NCBI RefSeq assembly: GCF_006345805.1
Contig: NC_042997.1
Coordinates: 162,130,001 to 162,194,000, forward strand
Origin: Octopus sinensis
Lineage: Eukaryota
Reading direction: 5' to 3'
Length of the DNA stretch: 64,000 nt
Part shown: positions 27,701 to 35,564 of the stretch, one piece after another
Numbering within the stretch: position 1 is the first letter of the stretch
How the letters are laid out: every line of letters starts with the position of its first letter
The notes under the pieces: model-generated
Told to the model about the DNA's origin: nothing
Database searches by the model: none
The model's input: the letters and a program-made list of their open reading frames with translations, nothing else
Made by a program: the position numbers and the translations under genes

Positions 27701-30700
27701 CTGTCCCTGGGAGCTCCTCTACGCTGACGACCTTGCTCTTATTGCTGAGTCACTATCAGAACTGGAGGAGAAGTTCCAGGTGTGGAAGGAGGGTTTAGAA
27801 TCAAGGGGCCTTAGAGTCAACCTAGCTAAAACCAAAGTACTAATAAGTAGAAAGGTAGACAATCCACAAATATCTTCAGGAAGATGGCCCTGCTCGATCT
27901 GTAGAAAAGGTGTAGGTAGAAACTCTATAAGATGTACCCAGTGTAAGCTATGGACACATAAGAGGTGCAGCAATGTCAAAGGTAGGCTAACTGGGAAGAT
28001 AGTTTTTGTATGTGGCAGATGCTCGGGAGCATTAACCTCCGAAAATCTGCAGAAAACAACTTCCGTCACTTTCCAGGGGGAAAAACTAGAAGTAGTTGAT
28101 AGCTTCCGTTATCTAGGTGACCAAGTCAGTAGTGGGGGTGGGTGCGCTGAAAGTGTAACTGCTAGAATAAGAATAGCCTGGGCAAAGTTTAGGGAGCTCT
28201 TACCTCTGCTGGTGACTAAAGGCCTCTCGCTCAGAGTAAAAGGCAGACTATATGATGCGTGTGTACGAACAGCTATGCTACATGGCAGCGAAACATGGGC
28301 TGTGACTGCTGAGGACATGCGTAAGCTCGTGAGGAATGAAGCCAGTATGCTCCGATGGATGTGTAATGTCAGTGTACATACTCGACAGAGCGTTAGCACC
28401 TTGAGAGAAATGTTGTACCTAAGAAGCATCAGTTGTGGTGTGCAAGAGAGACGATTGCGCTGGTATGGTCATGTGGCGAGAATGGATGAAGATAGGTGTG
28501 TGAGAAAGTGCCAATCCCTAGCAGTTGAGGGAACCCGTGGAAGAGGTAGACCCAGGAAAACCTGGGACGAGGTGGTGAAGCACGACCTTCGAACTTTAGG
28601 CCTCACTGAGGAAATGACCAGAGACCGAGACCTTTGGAAATATTCTGTACGTGAGAAGACCAGGCAGGACAAGTGAGCCCAGCCCACTTATGAATGCCTT
28701 TCCTCCCTTGGACACAAAGACCGGTTGAGGCAAGCGAAGTCGATATAGAACCTCATCCGACGACAGACACCCATGCCAACCCCCCATGCTTGCGAAGACA
28801 TGTTGGGGCAAGCGAAATCGAAATCGAAGTCGAAACCGAATTGAACCAGCCAGGATCCCTGGCCTGGTGGTACGTAAAAAGCACTATCCCACTCGTGGCC
28901 GTGGCACGTAAAATACTCCAATGCGACCGTACGACAGGCACCCATGCCAACCCCCTTTGCTTGTGAAGACATGTTGGGGCAAGCGAAATCGAAATCGAAT
29001 TGAACCAGCCAGGATCCCTGGTCTGGTGGTACGTAAAAAGCACTATCCGACTCGTGGCCGTGGCACGTAAAATACTCCAATGCGACCGTACGACAGGCAC
29101 CCTTGCCAACCCCCTTTGCTTGTGAAGACATGTTGGGGCAAGCGAAAATCGAAATCGAATTGAACCAGCCAGGATCCCTGGTCTGGTGGTACGTAAAAAG
29201 CACTATCCGACTCGTGGCCGATGCCAGCACCGCCTCGACTGGCTTCCGTGCCGGTGGCACATAAAATACACCAATCTGACCGTGGCCGTTGCCAGCCCCG
29301 CCTGGCACCTGTGCAGGTGGCACGTAAAAAGCACCCACTACACTCACGGAGTGGTTGGCGTTAGGAAGGGCATCCAGCTGTAGAAACATTGCCAAATTAG
29401 ACTGGAGCCTGGTGCAGCCTTCTGGCTTCCCAGAACCCCGGTCGAACCGTCCAACCCATGCTAGCATGGAGAACGGACGTTAAACGACGATGATGACGAT
29501 GATGATAATAATAATAATAATAATTGTGTACAGTGCTCAGGTGCACTACAACTCATCTAAAGTGTATATATAATCAGGTGAAGTTTCGGCGGATTTCGGA
29601 AAGCATGAGGGCCTTAAAAGATGCAGTGTCATGGCAGTCAACAACTGACGCAGGCAGTTTATTCCATGCTTCAGCAACTCTGAGCGTGAAAAAATGTTTC
29701 CGAAAGTCATGGGAGCTGTATTGTTTTCTGACTTTGTAGGCATGTCCACGTGTGTTAGACACATGGAGGTCAAAAAGGTGTTCAGTGTTGTTGTTGGTGA
29801 GGTGGTTGATAACTTTGTGGGTGTTTACCAAGTCCGTCGCCAAACGCCGGAGCTTCAGTGAATCCATGCCCAGGGAAACAAGGCGCTCAGAATATGGTAG
29901 GTGTCTGATGGAGGGTATGCGTTTGGTTGCACGTCTCTGGACAGATTCCAGGAGGTCAATGTTCTGTGCAAGATAGGGGTTCCAAACTGATGATGCGAAT
30001 TCCAAGTGTGGTCGTACCATAGCTGTATACAGTTTTAAATAGATGGCTGGAGAGCGGCTAACAAAAGACCTGCTGAGTGATGCCAAGACACCCTCGGCCT
30101 TCCTGACAATCTTAGAGATATGCTTTGACCAACGCAGATCACTGCTGACAGTGATGCCTAGGTCACGCTCGCAAGAGGATTTCTTGATATCAGTGTTGTG
30201 GAGGGTATGTGAACGCAGGGTTTTTTCTCCCAAAATGCATGGTGGTACACTTGTCCACAGCCAGTTTCAGTTGCCAGTCTGTGATCCATTGCTGCATTGT
30301 GTCTAGGTCTGATTGCAGGAAAGAGTTGTAGACATCAGGATCTGTCCTCTTGATTTCAAGGTACAGCTTGATGTCGTCTGCATATTTCAATACTGTGGCA
30401 TTCTTTAAATTGGCATCTATGTCGTTAATGTATGCCACAAACAAGAGGGGGCCAAGGACAGATCCCTGTGGTACACCCGATGACATCTCATATGGTGTAG
30501 AGTGCTGTCCTAGAACTGTGACTACCTCCTTTCGGCTGAGGATGAAGGATTTCAACCAGTTAAAAAGGTCATCCCCCACACCCATTGCAGAGAGTTTCAC
30601 CATAAGCCTTTTGTGTGGCACAGAGTTGAAAGCCTTAGCAAAGTCAAGGTAGACAACATCCACCCATGAGCCACTGTCAGTAATCTGAGTAATGTCCTCA

Positions 30701-33130
30701 AGGAACTCGACAAGCTGGTCACTGCAGCTGGAGTTAGGGACAAATCCATATTGTGAGGGTCGGATGAGACTGTGAGAGCTCCAGAAGTTCCAGAGTGTTT
30801 CTCTGACACACGATTCCATCAGTTTTGCAATACAGCTAGTGAGACTGACTGGGCGATAGTTGACAGGTGATGTGCGGTCGCCCTTTTTGAACAGAGGAAT
30901 GACACTGGCAGTTTTCCACTGCTCCGGAGTAGCACTATTGTTGAGACAGTACTGGAAGAAAATAGAAAGCTGGTGTAAAAGGAAGTGCCTGCCACGTTTG
31001 AGAAGCAGGTATGTAACTCCATCGAGACCAGGGGAGGCATAGTGTTGCGCTTATTTTGAAGGTGACGTCGCAGCATTGCAGGTGTAAATTCCATAGTTGT
31101 TATGGAGTTTGCTGTTAGTGATGGCGAAGATGGTACATTTTGACTTTCAACAGTGAATATGTTTGCATAGCACTCGGCAATGAGTTCTGCGCATTCCTTG
31201 GGGTCGTCAGTGATCTGGTTTGTGTGAGGGTTGCGAAGAGGGCCCACTGGAGAGTGAGGTCTCTGCTTTGAGTGCACATATTTCCAGAAAACCTTGCTGT
31301 CAGGATTGGCTGCTATGCACTGTTCAAATTCAAGCACTGCTTTTTTTGTCACTTGCTTGAGATGGTTGGAGGATTTATTCCGCTTCTTCCTGTTGGTGTC
31401 TGATTTATGCAACCTGTATTCCCGTTCAGCAGTCCGACGTTCCCTCCTGGCAAGTCGGACCGCTGAAGTTTCCCAAATTGCCCTTTTGGGGCGGTTCTTC
31501 TTTTTTTGTTTACGTGGCACTGATGCTGCACATGCTGCCCATATTGAGTCCAGGATACTCTGGAGTATAGTATTCACATCTCCAGAGTTGTAGAATTCAC
31601 GCCAGTTTGGGTGCTGTAGTTCAGTGTGGTACAGGTTCCAATCTGCTCTCTTCCAATCGAAGGAAGCAGATTGGAGATGGTTCAGGTTTTTGTTGCCCGC
31701 AAGAGCCAGATTGGCGATGATCATAGCATGATCAGAGTCACCTAGAGGTTCCTCCGTAGTGCAATTGATAACCGCTTCAGGAGTTGTGGTGAAGAGCAGG
31801 TCCAAGGTGTTGTCGCCTCTTGTTGGAGAGGTGACTACTTGTGACCAGTTTGAGTCCAGCACAAGCTCAACAAAATCGTTTGCACTCTGTGGCCAATGGA
31901 AGGTCTCCCAATCGATCTCAGGATGATTGAAATCGCCTGCAATAAACACATAAGTGGCTGTTTTCCTGGCAGCAGCTCGGAGGACATTGCAAAGCTGTGT
32001 GTCCCGATGGTAACTTGGGGGACGATAAACAACGCCAAGCAGGAGTGTTGACATGGTCATACGCACGTCACAGAAAAAAACTTCTTCTTGTGATTCGTTC
32101 AAATCGGCACAAGGAATTACCAAAAATTTGAACGAACGTAGACCATCACACCACCACCACCACGCGTTAGTGCGGTCCTTACGGAAGAGGTTGTACCCCG
32201 TAATGTTGAAAACCCCATCACAGAGTAAGGAATGCGCCCATGTTTCCGTGACAGTGATGAAGTCAGGGTCAACACTTCTGACGTAGGCGTTGAACAAATG
32301 TATTTTGTTGCATAAACTGCGAGCATTTAAGGACAACAATTTGTACCCTGCTCGCAGTTTATGATGGTGTGTAGAGGATGGCAGGTTGTTCTGGCTTAGT
32401 TTCCCTGAGTTGCTGTAGTCTTTTTAGTTATTGTGGGTAGAGAGCACTCAGACCAGCTGGTATCTCTCTTCCACGTTTCAGCAGTCTTGACAAATCTCCA
32501 GATTTGTCCATCTTCCCGAAGACTGAAGCTTTCTTGTAGAGCTGAGTTCCTATTCAGGGAAGCCACTACACGTAGCTTCGGACGTACATTGGACGGTAAG
32601 TCTGGGCGTGTTCGGAAGGTGGTCCGATTTTCCCGCCCAGCTTTAACTGAGGCCAGATGGTAAGAGGTTGCCTCAGTGGGGTCCGTAAAAGACAACTTGA
32701 TGAGCCTAGGTTTTGGGCCAGGTCGTCCAAGGCGGATAGCACCCGTTGGGGGAACGCAGCCTAGGTCTTTGGCTGAGTTGGCAGCAAAAGCCTGAAGATC
32801 AGCCATGTCTTCTGGCACCCCAATGGCAATGACTTCATGGGTGGCAGAATCCGCGGTCTTAAATGCGACAAGAGGTACAGGTACAGGGAGGTTCTTTAGC
32901 AGAGCATTCCGATAAGACCCCTCATTGTGGAGTCCAACCTGAATGGTTGCTTTTATTCCTGCTACTTCCCCTTTTAAAGCACAGATCGATTGTTGCAGTT
33001 CTGCAAGAACCGCACTGGTCAATTGGTGTTGTTGTTGTTACTGCTGCTGTTGCTCTGGTTGTGGTTGATTTTGTTGTTGCTGTTGTTGTTTGTTGATGTT
33101 TTGTTGCTGCTGCTCTGGTTGTGGTTGATT

Positions 33131-33165
<35 letters not shown>

Positions 33166-34330
33166 CTGGTTGTGGTTGATTTTGTTGTTGCTGCTGTTGC
33201 TGTTCCGCTCCTCCACCTCCACGGGAGTGGCAGGGGAGACACAATCGTCGGTTGTGGAGGCACGCAGGCCTGACACTGAAAAGTCCAAGATTTAAGCTGA
33301 ACCATCTTCCAGAGTCTATCCATCATAGCATTATGATGGCTCTTTTTTTGGCCTGGGATCTTCTGAAAGTCCGTGGCACATTGGAGGCAGACAGAGATGA
33401 GACATGTCCCACATTCGACCCAGCGATTACGGAACGTATTTTCGGGTTCCATACAGATGTGGCAGGTGTGATTTTCTGGGCAGTGTTCTATTTTAGAGCA
33501 GCGACCAGTCTTATCGCATCGCCCGCTATGGATTTCACCATGGCGATTCTGTTGGTTCTGGTCATCCGTAGAGACAGAAAATGTAAACAACAATACGATA
33601 AAAGTAAAATATAAAATATTTGTTTTTGATTCGTTCTTTTTTTGTATATTCCTTGTTCTTAAATATTGCGTGTATATATACACATGTTTCGTTCTTTTTG
33701 TGTATATTCCTTTTTTTCTTAAATATTGCGTGTGTATACATAAAAGTATTTGTGCGTATAGACACGGAGAAAGTTTGTAAACAGAAATGAAATTTTTGAT
33801 TTTTTTGCAGTGTAGTCCGTCACATTAAATAGTGTGATTTATTTTCACTCTGCACGTATATACATGTGTGCTACAAGTATCTATGTATGTATGTATGTCA
33901 CTGCTTTATAAATTTTGGACGTACTTACTGTCGTTCAACGATTTCTTTTACCCTCAACTACACGTGGTGAATTCTTCCATTGTAGATCTGTGATGTTCCC
34001 CATAAACAAAGAAATATTATTTGAAATATAAGTCTTTCATGTGGAATAAATAAAATAAATACTGGGATTTTTAATATGTTGTACTACTATTTAAAAATTC
34101 TTAGTTATTTTTGTATTGTATTTTTTCAATACAAAAAAGACAGTAAACTGTCAGGCCATAATTTATTTGGATACAAAGTCAAACTTTTATATTCAAAAAC
34201 TCCAAAATTATGTTTGTTTCAATTGTCTTCTTTTCATTAATTTTTTGCAGAAGTGAATCTTCAACAACAAGCTGTTCCTGCTGAAGTTTTTGGAAGTCTT
34301 GCTTCTGAAGAAAAGGAAAATGATGAATGA
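547..34330 (+). CDS. XAB2: Pre-mRNA splicing factor SYF1/XAB2 (HAT repeats), 5'-partial, 19 coding exons in window
   Basis: Hand-spliced GT-AG exons give one 1905-nt frame with consistent phases. Recognisable XAB2 peptides include [69 protein letters not shown] and the C-terminal VPAEVFGSL. Confidence 0.96.
810..2030 (+). mobile_element. Old, decayed RTE LINE 3' fragment with CT-rich 3' UTR
   Basis: Degenerate match to the RTE C-terminus (WAKLREL..., LCWYGH); ends in the gtggttggtgt...catccag tail motif. Confidence 0.7.
2183..2480 (-). mobile_element. RTE 3'-end fragment (short, 5'-truncated)
   Basis: Reverse complement of the RTE terminus (catg...catgg...cggacgttaaac(gat)n). Confidence 0.7.
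2671..2815 (+). CDS. XAB2: XAB2 exon 2: [12 protein letters not shown]...SGTSQE
   Basis: tatcag acceptor, gtaaca donor, phase 0/1. Confidence 0.93.
2896..3109 (+). mobile_element. tRNA-derived SINE family A with 18-bp target-site duplication
   Basis: A-box/B-box head (gctggcagaatcattag...gagttcaaat); AATATTTTTAAGACTTGT at both 2878-2895 and 3110-3127. Confidence 0.85.
3188..3333. mobile_element. hAT (Charlie-like) MITE, 146 bp
   Basis: TIRs CAGTGGTTCCCAA / TTGGGAACTACTG and a perfect 8-bp TSD ATCTAAAC on both sides. Confidence 0.9.
4288..4360 (+). CDS. XAB2: XAB2 exon 3: [24 protein letters not shown]
   Basis: tatcag acceptor, gtaatg donor, phase 1/2. Confidence 0.93.
5098..5176 (+). CDS. 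XAB2: XAB2 exon 4: [27 protein letters not shown]
   Basis: ttttag acceptor, gtattt donor, phase 2/0. Confidence 0.94.
5470..5830 (-). mobile_element. RTE LINE 3' ORF fragment
   Basis: Reverse strand matches the RTE C-terminal region (MIRWMC..., [17 protein letters not shown]). Confidence 0.75.
5865..6150 (+). mobile_element. tRNA-derived SINE family B (5'-truncated)
   Basis: Homologous to the full copy at 52645-53020 (gaccaaagccttgtgagt, CA/TA middle, ggtgctccagcatggct tail). Confidence 0.75.
6510..6629 (+). CDS. XAB2: XAB2 exon 5: [20 protein letters not shown]...QQIDD
   Basis: tggtag acceptor, gtaagt donor, phase 0/0. Confidence 0.93.
6840..7560 (-). mobile_element. RTE 3' UTR and tail remnant
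   Basis: (cat)n tail, tail motif in reverse, and a GA-rich UTR complementary to the CT-rich UTR at 1340-1950. Confidence 0.55.
9353..9453 (+). CDS. XAB2: XAB2 exon 6: [15 protein letters not shown]...WAELEIRN
   Basis: ttctag acceptor, gtgagt donor, phase 0/2. Confidence 0.93.
9589..9664 (+). CDS. XAB2: XAB2 exon 7: [26 protein letters not shown]
   Basis: ttctag acceptor, gtaagt donor, phase 2/0. Confidence 0.93.
10649..10735 (+). CDS. XAB2: XAB2 exon 8: [29 protein letters not shown]
   Basis: ttatag acceptor, gtatgt donor, phase 0/0. Confidence 0.94.
10765..11145 (+). mobile_element. Two tandem decayed SINE family A copies
   Basis: Repeated gctgacagaatcattagc...ttcaaa heads and ggctttgtgccaaaatttgaaacc tails. 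Confidence 0.65.
11525..11739 (+). mobile_element. Mariner-derived MITE (215 bp), deletion derivative of the element at 21503
   Basis: TIRs ...gctgaaaagttcctggcttt / aaagccaggaactttttggc...; its 3' half is homologous to 21503-21625. Confidence 0.85.
11812..11925 (+). CDS. XAB2: XAB2 exon 9: [18 protein letters not shown]...YEEAFK
   Basis: tttcag acceptor, gtaatt donor, phase 0/0. Confidence 0.94.
12350..13700 (-). pseudogene. Decayed hAT-related DDE transposase (cc8K15.2-like family); element possibly about 11985-14010
   Basis: Fragmented frames give LHIDGK (first Asp), [12 protein letters not shown] (DTT..NTG-like), [12 protein letters not shown] (CxxH) and [12 protein letters not shown]; many stops and frameshifts. 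Family assignment is from memory. Confidence 0.6.
14380..14790 (-). mobile_element. Old LINE C-terminal remnant (RTE-like family distinct from the PHD-bearing one)
   Basis: Reverse strand reads [15 protein letters not shown]...[12 protein letters not shown]. Confidence 0.55.
15482..15686 (+). mobile_element. piggyBac-like MITE, truncated copy of the 42180 family
   Basis: Homologous along its length to 42180-42401. Confidence 0.75.
15967..16053 (+). CDS. XAB2: XAB2 exon 10: [29 protein letters not shown]
   Basis: tttcag acceptor, gtaagt donor, phase 0/0. Confidence 0.95.
16604..16679 (+). CDS. XAB2: XAB2 exon 11: [25 protein letters not shown]
   Basis: ctacag acceptor, gtaagc donor, phase 0/1. 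Confidence 0.95.
17575..17760 (+). mobile_element. RTE 3'-end fragment
   Basis: aaaaagcaccc...gtggttggtgttaggaa...catccaactgtagaaac tail motif. Confidence 0.7.
18271..18380 (+). CDS. XAB2: XAB2 exon 12: [20 protein letters not shown]...EEKHE
   Basis: tcccag acceptor, gtttga donor, phase 1/0. Confidence 0.93.
18611..18714 (+). CDS. XAB2: XAB2 exon 13: [34 protein letters not shown]
   Basis: gcacag acceptor, gtatgc donor, phase 0/2. Confidence 0.94.
19184..19283 (+). CDS. XAB2: XAB2 exon 14: [34 protein letters not shown]
   Basis: catcag acceptor, gtaagt donor, phase 2/0. Confidence 0.95.
19975..20190 (+). mobile_element. SINE family A
   Basis: gcaagctggcagaatcattagc head, gagttcaaat B-box. 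Confidence 0.7.
20528..20644 (+). CDS. XAB2: XAB2 exon 15: [20 protein letters not shown]...ATYNTQ
   Basis: acacag acceptor, gtatgt donor, phase 0/0. Confidence 0.95.
21503..22025 (-). mobile_element. Mariner (irritans-like) 3' fragment with right TIR
   Basis: Remnant frames [33 protein letters not shown]-stop; TIR TA|CAAGGAGTTGCTGAAAAGTTCCTGG. Confidence 0.88.
22546..22609 (+). CDS. XAB2: XAB2 exon 16: [21 protein letters not shown]
   Basis: ttttag acceptor, gtaaat donor, phase 0/1. Confidence 0.92.
24063..24162 (+). CDS. XAB2: XAB2 exon 17: [18 protein letters not shown]...KGILFV
   Basis: Weak tandem AAG/AAG acceptor (start 24063 or 24066), gtaagc donor, phase 1/2. Confidence 0.85.
24645..24785 (+). 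mobile_element. Truncated copy of the hammerhead-bearing element (decayed core at 24695-24736)
   Basis: Homologous to 57250-57390; CTGATGA-A-GGCTG..CAGCT-GAAA but lacks the CGT of stem III. Confidence 0.8.
25387..25493 (+). CDS. XAB2: XAB2 exon 18: [36 protein letters not shown]
   Basis: taacag acceptor, weak gttcag donor, phase 2/1; contains the conserved NPDEI motif and acidic tract. Confidence 0.9.
25635..25842. mobile_element. piggyBac-like MITE family 2
   Basis: TTAA|CCCTTT...AAAAGG|TTAA ends; homologous copies at 60695 and 61635. Confidence 0.8.
26047..27538 (+). mobile_element. RTE LINE copy 1 (5'-truncated; RT C-terminal part with PHD insert, 3' UTR, (GAT)n tail)
   Basis: ORFs 26069-26668 and 26665-26940 (about 25-nt deletion frameshift) with [35 protein letters not shown] motifs. 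Confidence 0.93.
27621..29506 (+). mobile_element. RTE LINE copy 2 (5'-truncated; uninterrupted RT from QGSVLSP to stop 28676; expanded 3' UTR)
   Basis: [20 protein letters not shown] insert, FRYLG, WYGHV motifs; (GAT)n tail. Confidence 0.95.
28768..29222 (+). repeat. Tandem repeat in the RTE copy 2 3' UTR (units of 171 and 159 bp plus a partial third)
   Basis: caccc(a/t)tgccaacccc recurs at 28768, 28939 and 29098; the length difference comes from GAAATC-like hexamer copy number. Confidence 0.9.
29574..32399 (-). pseudogene. CR1 ORF2 (APE endonuclease + reverse transcriptase), split by four small frameshifts near 32165, 32123, 31043 and 30204
   Basis: Motifs SLNARSL, VTETW, YRPP, GDFN, LDL, SDH (EN); [30 protein letters not shown] (RT); [21 protein letters not shown] (CR1 C-terminus). 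No in-frame stops after frame correction. Confidence 0.92.
32396..33565 (-). pseudogene. CR1 ORF1: Cys8 PHD-like finger, polyQ/NQPQPE repeats, coiled coil, RRM-like domain
   Basis: CHIC..WVECGTC..CLQC..FQCQAC; Q-rich frame in register with [30 protein letters not shown]. One TAA at 33038-33040 and 2-3 inferred 1-nt deletions; the start ATG at 33565 is inferred. Confidence 0.75.
33630..33745. repeat. Two ~58-bp tandem units in the presumed CR1 5' UTR
   Basis: ttcgttctttt...tatattcc...cttaaatattgcgtgt occurs twice. Confidence 0.75.
34251..34330 (+). CDS. XAB2: XAB2 terminal coding exon: [26 protein letters not shown]-stop
   Basis: ttttttgcag acceptor, phase 1, TGA at 34328-34330; matches the conserved XAB2 C-terminus. 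Confidence 0.93.
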
Positions 34331-34351
34331 AAAAAAACATTTATTACTCAA

Positions 34352-34357
34352 AATAAA
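34352..34357 (+). terminator. Probable XAB2 polyadenylation signal (very short 3' UTR)
   Basis: AATAAA 21 nt after the stop, followed by a GT/T-rich downstream element (tgtagttttgttttggtgttt). Confidence 0.6.
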
Positions 34358-34419
34358 TTTTATATAAATTTGTAGTTTTGTTTTGGTGTTTACTCTTATT
34401 GTTTTACCTTTTGTGAACG

Positions 34420-34780
34420 TGCCATGCCGGTGGCACTTAAAAAGCACCATCTGAGCATGGCCAATGCCAGTGCTGCCTGACTAACACCTGTGCCAGTGGC
34501 ACGTAAAATGCACCATTCGAACGTGGCCGATGCCAGTGCCACCTGACTGGCACCTGTGCCAGTGATATGTAAAAAGCACCATTCAAGCGTGGTCAATGCC
34601 TGTGCCATAAAAGCACCCACTACACTCTCAGAGTGGTTGGTGTTAGTAAGGGCATCTAGCTGTAGAAACCTTGCCAAATCAGATTGGAGCCTGGTGCAGT
34701 CTCCCAACTTGCCAGTTCTCAATCAAACCGTCCATCCTTTAGAAAGTGGATGTTAAACGACAATGATGATGATGATGAAG
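34420..34780 (+). mobile_element. RTE 3' UTR/tail fragment with ~66-bp tandem units
   Basis: Repeated gtgccagtggcacgtaaaa(a/t)gcacc units, tail motif, (gat)n. Confidence 0.8.
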
Positions 34781-35380
34781 AATGCATGTTAAAGCTCTCA
34801 GAATTAACTCAGTTGGTTATGTTTCAGAGCCTACTGAAAACATTTGGTATCATTTCACTTCGCTTGCAATGTTAACCTTCTTGTAAGGGCTTCAGGTTTA
34901 AACTTCCAGTTTCTTCTTTACTAAAAATAGTAACAAATATGTCAGGTGGTGAATAATATTTTGGAAATTCTTATCCAGGAGATGCATCAAATGATCCACA
35001 GGAAATAATTTATTTTGATTTTAATATCATTTTTGTTTTTCATTTAAAATCTTTAGCATTATATATTTAGTCTTCTTCCTCCTCCACCTGAACATGTGTG
35101 TGTGTTTGTGTCTCTTCACTATAACAATGTCGCTTGATGCATAAATACCAGATTTCTCATGTATCATTTGGTAAAATGGTTTGATGTCACTACAGTCGAT
35201 GCCCAGAAGGCCTCTGATTTCAGGTTGGGTGATTAAAAAGTACATATCCCAACCTTATGGTTTTAGTTTCAAACTTACCATCAGCACTTTGGGCAAGTCT
35301 CAAATATACATCTATTTATGCTGAAATATATTTGTTTTATTGTATACAAAAACTGTCCTCAAATACCCTTCATACCCTGT

Positions 35381-35381
35381 A

Positions 35382-35436
<55 letters not shown>
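35381..35436. repeat. (TG)n(TA)n microsatellite
   Basis: Seen directly. Confidence 0.95.
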
Positions 35437-35438
<2 letters not shown>

Positions 35439-35530
35439 CGTAAATTTATCAGCTGCTATTTCCAGTAAACATTAGTACCTTGTTGTACCACTACTCTCTC
35501 TCTATATATATGTGTGTGTGTATGTGTATG

Positions 35531-35564
<34 letters not shown>

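Larger units (their letters stand above)
29507..33970 (-). mobile_element. Near full-length CR1-type LINE, antisense in the last XAB2 intron (5' end approximate)
   Basis: Has ORF1, APE endonuclease and RT ORF2, a 3' UTR hairpin (AGTGC-ACCTGA-GCACT) and an (ATT)n tail at 29504-29524. Confidence 0.93.

Noticed and set aside
28688-29467. 259-aa minus-strand ORF
   Set aside because: Antisense read-through of the 159-171-bp tandem repeats in the RTE 3' UTR; the peptide just mirrors the DNA repeat.
32990-33295. Poly-Leu/Trp hydrophobic ORF on the + strand
   Set aside because: Antisense of the CAA/CAG tract of CR1 ORF1.
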